Shown here: positions 40,926 through 49,288 of the stretch, in pieces
How the letters are laid out: each line of letters begins with the position of its first letter
Position numbering within the stretch: position 1 is the stretch's first letter
Assembly (NCBI GenBank): GCA_964643995.1
Contig: CAZXUJ010000001.1
Location: 69,622-133,621 of the forward strand
Length of the DNA stretch: 64,000 nucleotides
DNA from: an uncultured Candidatus Saccharibacteria bacterium
Lineage (GTDB): Bacteria > Patescibacteriota > WWE3 > UBA101185 > UBA10185
Direction: 5' to 3'
Notes under the pieces: model-generated
What the model was told of the DNA's origin: nothing
Database searches by the model: none
The model's input: the letters and a program-made list of their open reading frames with translations, nothing else
Program-made: the position numbers and the translations under genes

Positions 40926-41001
40926 TGGGGTGGCCGACCGGGCTCGAACCGGCGACATCCTCTTCCACAGAGAGGCGCTCTACCACTGAACTACGGCCAC
41001 C
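40926..41001 (-). tRNA. tRNA-His (anticodon GTG) with an encoded G-1 and 3' CCA
   Basis: Cloverleaf: acceptor G(-1)-GUGGCCG/CGGCCAC-C-CCA, anticodon stem CCUCU/AGAGG, loop CUGUGGA, T-loop UUCGAGC. Confidence 0.9.
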
Positions 41002-41046
41002 AGGTAAAGTATCATTCTGAATTATAACATTGAGTTTTTATATGAT

Positions 41047-42492
41047 CTAATTTGTCCTAAGATAGCGCCAATTTGCGAAATCTAGGTATCTGTCTTGCAC
41101 GGTAAAGGTATACTTCTCCCCTATCCCATCAATAAACCTACTTACATAATAGTTCTTAAATGGATGATACAAAAAGATTGCTGGGATCTGTTCCACAATA
41201 ACTTTTTGGAATTCGTTGTAATGAATAACTATTTCATCTGGATCTAGAGCATTGCGACCTTCCTCTAGTGCCCGATCAGCACGAACATGTTCAAAGTTTG
41301 AGAGATTCAACCCTGGGGCTTCTTTTTGAGTTGAGTGCCAATTAGCATACCGCCCAGGGTCACGGCTAGTTTCTTGCCCAAAAAGCAAAATCTCATAATC
41401 GCGAGACACTATAACGTCTTGGACAAAAGTGTCTGGTTTTCGCACATCAATTTTGAGGTCAATGCCAAGTTTTTCTTTCCAAATTTGTCTTATGCTTTCT
41501 GCAACTTCACGATGTGTCTCAATGTCTGGAATCGTTAATGTCAGATCAAGTTCTAAATCTTCTGCTAGTTTGGGGTCAAATGGATTAAAATCCAATTCCT
41601 GATTCGTAAGAATACTCCTGCTTATTGGACCTTCGACTAAGATACCCCGCTCATAAATTAACTGCTCTTTGTTAATTACTTTTTGGAGTTTGTCCCTGAG
41701 AGTAATGTCCTTGATAGAATCTCGATCTAAATTAAAGAAAAGTGCAAAGTAGACGCCTTGGATTGGAAATTTGTGGTTTTTGAAATTTTCTAGGTCAACC
41801 TTCTTCTCGGTCATAAATGCATCTATCTCACCAAGCTTAGCTGCAGTTACTAACTCATCGTCGTTGCTGTAGTACCTAAAGATCATTTTTTTTATTGGAT
41901 GCTCGGGGTTGTTGTTACGAAGAATAATATCCTTAACAATAGGACCACTATGTTCCACACGAATAACTGTAAACCCACCGCTAGATACTGGTAACAAAGG
42001 GGAATAATTCTCCTGGGAATTATCTTTCATAATCCCTACAGTTAGCAGGTTAAGAAATGAAGAAAGTTTATTTGGGAGAATAAACCGAACTGTCTGATCG
42101 TCCACCTTGTCTGTACCAACATACTGAAGGTCATCAAGTTTAAAAGATGTATAGATAATATCATCTGCAGTTATTTTTGATCCGTCCGACCAATATTGGT
42201 CTGGTTTTATGGTTACTGTATAAACAAGCCCATCATCAGACTCCGCCCAGCTTTCTGCGAGATCTGGTACTAGGTTACCGAAGTTATCATATTTAAAAAG
42301 CCCACGATAAATAAGACCGGAAATAGTTTGATCTGTTTGTGTTTTTGCCAGGTTTGGCAAAAAAGATACAGGTTGGCCAGTGACGCCCTCTACAAACTGA
42401 GGTGTCGGAGAAATAGTAAGCAGAAAGGAACTTATAAAGAATCCTAATTGGTACAAAATATTCATATTTGTAGGTATTTTATCAGTTGGCAA
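41047..42492 (-). CDS. ABC transporter substrate-binding protein, family 5 (oligopeptide/nickel type), orphan
   Basis: Signal peptide, then GLIYRGLFKYDNFGNLVPDLAESWAESDDGLVYTVTIKPDQYWSDGSKITADDIIYTSF (SBP_bac_5 N-terminal signature). No permease or ATPase genes are adjacent. Confidence 0.8.
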   Translation of the reverse strand: MPTDKIPTNMNILYQLGFFISSFLLTISPTPQFVEGVTGQPVSFLPNLAKTQTDQTISGLIYRGLFKYDNFGNLVPDLAESWAESDDGLVYTVTIKPDQYWSDGSKITADDIIYTSFKLDDLQYVGTDKVDDQTVRFILPNKLSSFLNLLTVGIMKDNSQENYSPLLPVSSGGFTVIRVEHSGPIVKDIILRNNNPEHPIKKMIFRYYSNDDELVTAAKLGEIDAFMTEKKVDLENFKNHKFPIQGVYFALFFNLDRDSIKDITLRDKLQKVINKEQLIYERGILVEGPISRSILTNQELDFNPFDPKLAEDLELDLTLTIPDIETHREVAESIRQIWKEKLGIDLKIDVRKPDTFVQDVIVSRDYEILLFGQETSRDPGRYANWHSTQKEAPGLNLSNFEHVRADRALEEGRNALDPDEIVIHYNEFQKVIVEQIPAIFLYHPFKNYYVSRFIDGIGEKYTFTVQDRYLDFANWRYLRTN

Positions 42493-42586
42493 GAATTGAG
42501 CAAGTTGACAAATCTACCAACACTAGAGTTGGTATTTTAGTTGGTTTATTGATAAAATAGGATAGCTTTTAGGTATGATTTTAGAC

Positions 42587-42661
42587 GGCCCCATCGTCTA
42601 ATGGTCAGGACGCCAGGTTTTCATCCTGGTAATCGGGGTTCGATTCCCCGTGGGGTCACCA
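42587..42661 (+). tRNA. tRNA-Glu (anticodon TTC)
   Basis: Acceptor GGCCCCA/UGGGGUC, anticodon loop UUUUCAU, T-arm CGGGG-UUCGAUU-CCCCG, 3' CCA encoded. Confidence 0.9.
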
Positions 42662-42768
42662 ATGAAATTTATCCCAATACGTTGGTCGAATCATCTAATG
42701 ATTTTTTGCCACGCGCTCCTCTTTTTATATTTAAAAAGTCACAAAATTTATAAAAGTGCGATATAATA

Positions 42769-43824
42769 ATGACAGTGAACAAGAAATTATTTCGTCCTCC
42801 CATAAATCTCACTCTTTTAAGGAAATTGATTATTGTTTTTGCCTTCTTGTTCATTTGTTTTCTTACCTTTTTTGTTTATCAGGATCTTTTTATTCGTAAA
42901 AATTGTGTTGGTCCCTGGGGCAGCCAAGCTTGTCGGGGTTTTGAAGCTAATAATATATGTTTCGGTTATCGTTATCCGGTTTGTGGTTCACCAAATCTTC
43001 CTTATTTGCTTACTCAAGAAAAAAGTATAGTACCGTTATATATTGGTGAAACAGAAAAAGGTTGCAGAGAATTTTTTGAGGCAAACTGCCCTATCCACCT
43101 TGGATGCCAGATGATGTGTACGGACTCATATCCATCACATTGTTCTTGTGGAGGTAGATTTTTTAACACTATCAATTTGATTCCAGCTGAAAAATGCATC
43201 CTAGAAACATATGAAACAGAAAACATTCCTAATATTGCAAAAAATGAAATGAAATATGGGATATATTTACATGAAGCATTTTTGCCAACAGAGAACATAA
43301 GTGAGGCTGCCTCCTGTCTAGAGCGCTATCCTAATAAAGAATTTTATGCATATCTCCAATTGACCGAAGCACCTACTGAGGATATTGAAAAACTCTTTGA
43401 TGAACATGGTATGTTTTTACACTTTGCAGCAAGAAACCTATTGTATACAATAAAATTCCCTGCCGAAACAAAGCTGTCAAAAGAAATAAAAGATCACATA
43501 AGGTGGATTGGTGTTTTGGATGTGAAACACAAAGTATCTGAAGACTTGTGGTATGGCACTGTTGACGAATCGGCCTTGACTGAAAATGGTGATGTAAAAT
43601 TGATCGTGAGTTTTTGGGCAGAAGAAAAAGAAGATGGTGCGCGTAAAATTCTGGATAAATATAATGCTTCAGTTGAATCATTCTCTGTTCGCGAAATCAA
43701 GCAAGGTATTAGGTATATAAGTACGCAAATTACAATGAATCCAATTAATTTGCGTGGGTTAGCCTCTGAAAATACAGTAATCGGCATAAGCACAGTTTCT
43801 CCCCCACCAGAAATCTCTAACTAA
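42769..43824 (+). CDS. Hypothetical cysteine-rich secreted protein
   Basis: N-terminal signal/TM. Cys-rich module of about 100 aa (CVGPWGSQAC..C..C.., CREFFEANCPIHLGCQMMC...CSCGG), then a 200-aa domain. The start is uncertain because a TATAAT hexamer lies immediately 5' of the annotated ATG. Confidence 0.5.
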   Translation: MTVNKKLFRPPINLTLLRKLIIVFAFLFICFLTFFVYQDLFIRKNCVGPWGSQACRGFEANNICFGYRYPVCGSPNLPYLLTQEKSIVPLYIGETEKGCREFFEANCPIHLGCQMMCTDSYPSHCSCGGRFFNTINLIPAEKCILETYETENIPNIAKNEMKYGIYLHEAFLPTENISEAASCLERYPNKEFYAYLQLTEAPTEDIEKLFDEHGMFLHFAARNLLYTIKFPAETKLSKEIKDHIRWIGVLDVKHKVSEDLWYGTVDESALTENGDVKLIVSFWAEEKEDGARKILDKYNASVESFSVREIKQGIRYISTQITMNPINLRGLASENTVIGISTVSPPPEISN

Positions 43825-43859
43825 CAATCATTTTAATAATTTTCTTTTGCTTTTATAAC

Positions 43860-44396
43860 TTAAACTGAAATGTAGGTATTAAACAACGGTTGCGCCACCT
43901 CTAATGATTCAAACTGTTGAGCCTTGGGCTCACCCATAAAGAATGAGGAGGTATCACTACCTCCTTTTTTCTTGACAAATCGCACTAATTTAGGTGTTCC
44001 AAAAGTCAATTCATCATAGGTTGGAGGTTGCTCAAAAAGGGGTACTTGACAATAGTCTGACAGTTGGTTTGCAGACCATGCTTTTACTACTTTCCACTTT
44101 ACATCCCCTATCTGAACGTCTTCATTAAGTTTTACTGTTTTAACTGAATCCTTAGTCTCTTTTACTTTTTGTGAATTTGTATCGTTGTTGGAAGTATTTT
44201 TAGAATCTGATCCAGTACTTGTCTTACTTGATGATCCACCAGCTGAAGCGATGATACCAATAATAAACAAGACCAATATTCCTGTGATAATTGGGTGTTT
44301 TGCAAAGAATCCTCTTTGATCTTTTTTGCAGTATGGGAATATCTTAGCTTTTTGATCAATGTCAGTTTGACAATATTTACATTTTTTAGTCGCCAC
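43860..44396 (-). CDS. Zn-ribbon / TM / extracellular-domain protein
   Basis: N-terminal CKYCQ...YCKK zinc ribbon, one TM (ITGILVLFIIGIIASAGG), an S/T/N-rich linker and a beta-rich C-terminal domain. Confidence 0.5.
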   Translation of the reverse strand: MATKKCKYCQTDIDQKAKIFPYCKKDQRGFFAKHPIITGILVLFIIGIIASAGGSSSKTSTGSDSKNTSNNDTNSQKVKETKDSVKTVKLNEDVQIGDVKWKVVKAWSANQLSDYCQVPLFEQPPTYDELTFGTPKLVRFVKKKGGSDTSSFFMGEPKAQQFESLEVAQPLFNTYISV

Positions 44397-44590
44397 TCAT
44401 ATCACCCCCTTTGAAAATTTGAAATTATTCTTCTGTTCAATGGATGACGCAATAATTTGATTAAGGCAACTAAATAGACCGCTTCGGTATGAGAGACCGT
44501 TTCAAAATTGGCGCTTTTTATGAGTAGTTTTGTTTGTTGTTAAAGGTAGAAATACTGTTTTCTCAAAGTAAAAGAGCATAAAATCCCTCA

Positions 44591-45486
44591 ATGTTTAAAA
44601 AAATCCTAAATGTAAAATATGCAACCTGAATAATAATGTCATTAGACGTGGCCTTCGAAATGGAAAGATTAGATATAAATGTAACTCCTGTAATGCTTGG
44701 TTTTTTGTAGATAAATCCAAAGCTGTTAGCAATAAGAAAATATTAACTCATCATATCGATGGCACACCTTTTAGAGCTCTTGCCGAACAAAATAAATCTT
44801 CGGCAACAACAGTGTATCGTAAAAACCTTTCTGCTTTAAAACAACTGATTCATTGTGCCGATATAACTCGTAAATATTGTAATAGATATTGTGGAATATT
44901 AGTTGTTGACGGTAAATATCTTGCTGTCAGAAATTATGACCGTAAAATACCAGTGCTTTACGGTATTGATTACCTCTCCCACGATATCCCAAAATATAAG
45001 CCTTTTATGGCTGAAATAAACCAACTCTTTAAAAAGAAATTATCATACGGCGTTTTTGTAAACCAAGCTAAATCAATTTATGAAAAATATAAAGCTGATC
45101 CAAAATGTAAGTCAGTGATGCTTGATATGCGAGATAAATTACCACTTCTTCTTGCACATCTTCAAACTAAACACATCCCAAGAACAACTAATCTAATCGA
45201 ATGTTTTAACTCTCATCTTCAAGGTCGTTTAAAAACAATAAAAGGTTTTAAATCTTTTAAACATGCTGACCTTTGGTTAAATGCATACTTCATTCGTCGT
45301 AGATTTAAAAAATTTAAGGATTGTAAAGGTCAATTTAAATGCCTAAATGGTAGAAGATCAATCGATATTGTTGTAAACACAGAACTAGTTGGCCTTGGTA
45401 TAGTTTCATTACTAGCTATAGAAAAAGACCGCGAGTCTCTAAACCCATTGGTTAAAAAAACCCACGATTTAGTTGGCATGCTTTAA
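44591..45486 (+). mobile_element. IS1/IS1595-like transposase gene (Zn-ribbon plus DDE domain) needing a -1 shift at an A7 run
   Basis: After a 4-codon leader (ATG 44591, MFKK) and a -1 shift in AAAAAAA (44597-44603), the frame encodes PKCKICNLNNNVIRRGLRNGKIRYKCNSCNAWF (CxxC...CxxC ribbon), then a DDE region (VVDGKY...GIDYLSHD...TTNLIECFNSHLQGRLKTIKGFKSFK). No in-frame start codon exists for the long frame. Terminal inverted repeats were not confidently identified. Confidence 0.65.
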
Positions 45487-46041
45487 ATAAATCACAATAC
45501 CCAAAGAAAGTATTAAAAAGTTTTTGAGAATATACTGTCCAACAAGCGTTGGCACTAAAAAATTCTCCCAAGCTATTGCCGGTAAAAAGACTAATGGACC
45601 AAAAGTAGTCACTATGTGAACCACAGTAAGTGATAAGACTATTTTCTCCACTTTTGGGATGAGCCACAGTATTCCTATAAAAACCTCGAAATATCCGAGA
45701 ATTAGTATGAAAACGTCTATAGACATAAATGGAAAGGTTTTATCAAGCAGACTCGCTACCAACTCATGGGCAGGACTATATCCAATCAGTTTTAGACTAC
45801 CGAACCAAAAATAAACTATAAAAATAGAAATACGGGAAAACCAGATATAGTATTTCTCAAAAAAAGCATGCATGAAATAACGATAGTCCTTCTTGATTAT
45901 AAATTCAACTAGATCTATTCTTATGGCGAAGTTCCAATTAAATTTAGTTGTATGATGTACACTTATTTTATCTTTAGTATTAGGTATAGTTTTGATTTCT
46001 CTTGTGATTTCTACTTCCCTGCTATTCTCAAAACGAGTCAA
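45469..46041 (-). CDS. Hypothetical 5-TM membrane protein
   Basis: 190 aa and hydrophobic. Its 3' end overlaps the transposase 3' end by 18 nt. Confidence 0.45.
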   Translation of the reverse strand: MTRFENSREVEITREIKTIPNTKDKISVHHTTKFNWNFAIRIDLVEFIIKKDYRYFMHAFFEKYYIWFSRISIFIVYFWFGSLKLIGYSPAHELVASLLDKTFPFMSIDVFILILGYFEVFIGILWLIPKVEKIVLSLTVVHIVTTFGPLVFLPAIAWENFLVPTLVGQYILKNFLILSLGIVIYLKHAN

Positions 46042-46583
46042 TTGCCTTCCAAACGGAATTAAGGAGATATCTTGAACTTGTAGAGCTGATAAGCACTAGG
46101 AGACTTAAAAGCAAACGACATAGTGTTGATATAGTTACAAATGCCGAAATAATACAGGCATGCGTAAAGAGTTGGGGCACTAATTGTTATTCAAGGTGAA
46201 GACAGTAGTGAACAGATATCTGAGGGGGGAATAATTTTTGATAAGATCGTTTCAGGAGAGATTCTTTCGAGTATATTCGAACTTAGCACAGAAGAACATG
46301 ATGGTGCTGTGATAATTGAGCAGGATAGAATATTGAAATTTGGTGCGCAGTTACCCCTATCAATCAATTTTAGAGAAATAGGAAAGCATGGCACATTCAC
46401 AGTGCGGGGCGTGGACTAGCAGAAAAGTCTGATGCACCAGTGATTATAGTCTCAGAGGAAAAGTGTTTTATAAGTATTGCGTATAGAGGAAAACTTAAAA
46501 GACTTACAAATTACGATCAACTAGGACAAATTCTAGATAAAAAACTCAGGAATCAAGGAGAGGTCCTATGTCTTATAAAATAG
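46008..46583 (+). pseudogene. Diadenylate cyclase (CdaA/DacA-like DAC domain) pseudogene, 5'-truncated with at least 2 frameshifts
   Basis: Three frames spliced together: ...DIVTNAEIIQACVKS | GALIVIQGED...EEHDGAVIIEQDRILKFGAQLPLS...REIGKHG | HIHSAGRGLAEKSDAPVIIVSEEKCFISIAYRGKL. These match the DAC motifs GALIVI, HDGAVII, LPLS, (T)RH.AA.G.SE..DA and VVSEE.G.IS. There is no N-terminal TM region and no start codon. Confidence 0.6.
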
Positions 46584-46621
46584 CCGCAGTTTTTTTGGCA
46601 ATTATACTCAAATTTATATTA

Positions 46622-47515
46622 TTAAAAGCTCAGGAGATCAATTAATACAGTTCTAAGGTCCTTCTGAGTTGTTTTAAGTAAATTGGACTCCACATCATAC
46701 TCATATTCCGCAGGGATAGTGGTAGGAAATAAACCAAAGAGTTTTTCAATCTTCGTACCCATAAGAGTATATTTAACGGAATCCCCATTAACATTTACTG
46801 AGATTTCATCGACAGAGTCGAGCTTTTCCGAGGAAATTGTCTCACGTACAACTTTATCTGGAGTAGTTGTTAGATCCACAAGGTTTGTATCTGTTTCAAT
46901 AAAAAACTTGCCCTCCTCCTCGACTATTCTGTTTGTGGAACGCATCTTAACAGGCACACTATGTGTTACAACTTTTCTAGTAGGTTGTTCTTTCTTCACC
47001 TCTTCAGTTACCTCAACAGGCAAATCATTGACCAAGGCATCTAGATCGGCTGTGGTATCCTCACCACCGTCGTCTGGTGTAGGTAACAAAGAGTCTATTT
47101 CATTTAAATACTTTGCATCTTTGGAGGGTTGAGGGGTTTCTTTAAAATAAGTTTTGGCTGCTTCATTTGCTGCTTCCTTAGGATCGATACCCTTCTCAAC
47201 TACCACAACATTATCTGGTATATCCTTTACAGTTTCAGTCTCACGAAGCAAATTACCAGCCAGGTCATAGGTTCTTATTTTTATGTAAATCTTTCCATCA
47301 CGATATTCCTTTCGCATAACAGCTTTTTTTTTGCCTTCCTGCATGGTATTTTCAAAAACAGACCCCTCCTCAATATAAGTCTCCCCTGCTACTGCGATTG
47401 GGGATTCGCGCAAAAACGAGCCTGCTGCGACTACAAAAGAGATAAATAATCCCAAAGCAATAATCGGTAAATGAAGTGAGTAGAACGTGATTAATTTTGT
47501 TTTGGGCATATTCAA
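46622..47515 (-). CDS. Hypothetical secreted protein (N-terminal signal-anchor)
   Basis: 297 aa. A TM/signal (LITFYSLHLPIIALGLFISFVVAAG) precedes an acidic, Thr/Glu-rich extracellular region. Confidence 0.5.
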   Translation of the reverse strand: MNMPKTKLITFYSLHLPIIALGLFISFVVAAGSFLRESPIAVAGETYIEEGSVFENTMQEGKKKAVMRKEYRDGKIYIKIRTYDLAGNLLRETETVKDIPDNVVVVEKGIDPKEAANEAAKTYFKETPQPSKDAKYLNEIDSLLPTPDDGGEDTTADLDALVNDLPVEVTEEVKKEQPTRKVVTHSVPVKMRSTNRIVEEEGKFFIETDTNLVDLTTTPDKVVRETISSEKLDSVDEISVNVNGDSVKYTLMGTKIEKLFGLFPTTIPAEYEYDVESNLLKTTQKDLRTVLIDLLSF

Positions 47516-47580
47516 ATTGTATCAGCATCAATATAGAGTTACAATTTATTTACTATGGGAAAAGGCAGTGAGACATTACA

Positions 47581-48354
47581 TTGGTACCCGAACAAAGTAC
47601 AGAGCCAGTTACCGAGGAAGATGTAGATTGGTTAAGGGATCTAGTGGCTCGCTATGGTACAGATGATGACAATCCAACAGAAGATAGCGAGAAAATTGTA
47701 CAAAACATTTTGGCGGATACAGATGACCGAACTCCTGAAGAAATTATTGCACTGCAATTCGAGATGGAGGAAGCTGCAAGAGAAAGAAAACCTGGCAAAG
47801 GTGGAACCAAACCAAACACAAAACAAAAAAATGCCAGAGCAGCCCAGTTAAGAGAGGAACAGATAAGGAACTCGCGCGAAAACAGAAATGAAGAAACAAT
47901 ACAAACTTTGCAAACCCAACTAGAGGGAAGTGAACTTTTCAAACTTGTTAAAAATGATGATCCCGACGCCGACTTCTTCGTAGAAACGTACGCGCATTGG
48001 GTATGCGTATCGATTGAGAATCACGGCAATCCAGTGTTGACACAAGGCGATATCTCAATCGAGAATTTTAAGAGAGCCAGTGGTCCTGGTGGACAGAATA
48101 TGCAAAAAGGCGAATCAGCACATCGTGCAGGGCATGTCTGGTCTGGGATTGTAGTCGAAGCTAGCAATCGAAGTAGTGAACAAAGTGAGAGAGAAGCCAA
48201 AGAAAAGTTGGAGGTAAAACTTAAAGAAAATATTGCAACTTGGGAAAATTATCTAGGCACAGCGAAAATAGATATGAAACCTAACGAAGGTATCTGGGAT
48301 GCTAGGGAAAGAGCAATAAGAACTCAAGTATACAAAATGGCACGGGCAACATAA
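47581..48354 (+). CDS. Protein with a C-terminal RF-1-type GGQ peptidyl-tRNA hydrolase domain and a novel acidic N-terminal region
   Basis: TTG start. The C-terminal half contains RASGPGGQNMQKGESAHRAGHVWSGIVVEASNRSSEQSEREAKEKLEVKL, which aligns with the release-factor GGQ core (SGPGGQHVNKT-SAVR.TH.PTGIVV.CQ.ERSQ..N...A...L). The PxT/SPF codon-reader domains and the basic ArfB-type tail are absent. Confidence 0.65.
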   Translation: MVPEQSTEPVTEEDVDWLRDLVARYGTDDDNPTEDSEKIVQNILADTDDRTPEEIIALQFEMEEAARERKPGKGGTKPNTKQKNARAAQLREEQIRNSRENRNEETIQTLQTQLEGSELFKLVKNDDPDADFFVETYAHWVCVSIENHGNPVLTQGDISIENFKRASGPGGQNMQKGESAHRAGHVWSGIVVEASNRSSEQSEREAKEKLEVKLKENIATWENYLGTAKIDMKPNEGIWDARERAIRTQVYKMARAT

Positions 48355-48364
48355 AATCACCTTA

Positions 48365-49273
48365 ATGGGAAAAAGCCTAGATAAAAAATTAATACAACGA
48401 GAGCAAAAGTTCAGAGAACGTGTGTCTAGAACACTTAATGTTGGAGACGAAGTTATTGCGAGTATGTTTGGAGAGAAACTAAGTTGTTTGAGAATTAACA
48501 CTTTAAAGTTTAAACCTGAGGAAATATACGCAAAAATAAAAGATCTCGCAGAGCTTGAAAAGATCGACTGGATTGAAAATGTTTTTGTTATCAAAAAAGG
48601 CAAGGACAAGCTTACACACAGTGAATTTTTCGAAAACGGAGCTTACTATATCCAAAATTTATCAAGTCTAGTGCCCGTGTTAGTTCTTGACCCTAAGCCT
48701 AATGAAGCCATTCTTGACGTGTGTGCAGCACCAGGCGGTAAAACAACATATTTAGCTCAGCTCACCAAAAACCAAGCACAGCTAGTGATAAATGATGAAT
48801 CAAACATAAGATTGATGAGAACCAAACAACTATGCAAAAATTATGGAGTAAAATTGGCAGGAACATTTAATCAGCCAGCACAATACTTAACAAAACACCT
48901 TAATATAAAATTTGATGCTATATTGATCGACGCACCTTGTAGTGGAGAGGGACTTATAAATTTGAGTATACCGGAATCATTGCAATACTGGAGCACAAAA
49001 AAAATTAATAGACTAAAAAAACTGCAAAAGCGGATTTTGGAGGAATCCTATAAATTGTTGAAATCCGGTGGGAGAATAGTTTATGCCACATGCACAACCG
49101 CACCAGAAGAAAATGAGGAGGTGATTGCTAACCTATTAAAAAATCATAATGACGTAGAGAGTGTGGAAGTTATATTACCAATAAAAAATACAGTAACTGT
49201 AGACAATTCGGTGCACATAATCCCAGACAACATATTTCAAGCCTTCACGATCTCTACAATCATCAAACGATAA
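48365..49273 (+). CDS. rRNA (cytosine-C5) methyltransferase, RsmB/RsmF (NOL1/NOP2/Sun) family
   Basis: DVCAAPGGKTTYLAQL (SAM motif I), ILIDAPCSGEGL (motif IV with catalytic Cys) and VYATCTTAPEENEEVI (motif VI TC). Confidence 0.8.
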   Translation: MGKSLDKKLIQREQKFRERVSRTLNVGDEVIASMFGEKLSCLRINTLKFKPEEIYAKIKDLAELEKIDWIENVFVIKKGKDKLTHSEFFENGAYYIQNLSSLVPVLVLDPKPNEAILDVCAAPGGKTTYLAQLTKNQAQLVINDESNIRLMRTKQLCKNYGVKLAGTFNQPAQYLTKHLNIKFDAILIDAPCSGEGLINLSIPESLQYWSTKKINRLKKLQKRILEESYKLLKSGGRIVYATCTTAPEENEEVIANLLKNHNDVESVEVILPIKNTVTVDNSVHIIPDNIFQAFTISTIIKR

Positions 49274-49288
49274 ATTTGTTAGAATTAC

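Noticed and set aside
40780-40989. Two about 65-aa ORFs (40780-40986 minus, 40798-40989 plus)
   Set aside because: They overlap the tRNA-His gene and its flanks. The plus-strand ORF translation is simply the tRNA complement, so both are spurious.
42762-42767. Perfect TATAAT immediately 5' of the annotated ATG of the Cys-rich protein gene
   Set aside because: It is too close (1 nt) to serve as a -10 for that start unless the true start is a downstream TTG (around 42823, preceded by AAGGA). It is noted as start-site ambiguity rather than called as a promoter.
44397-45530. Terminal inverted repeats and target-site duplication for the IS1/IS1595-like element
   Set aside because: Only weak A/T-rich similarity was found between the candidate ends (44400-44440 against the reverse complement of 45487-45530). 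It cannot be asserted without alignment of multiple copies.
46191-46400. 69-aa minus-strand ORF
   Set aside because: It lies antisense within the cdaA-like pseudogene region and has a low-complexity S/I/P-rich product, so it is spurious.
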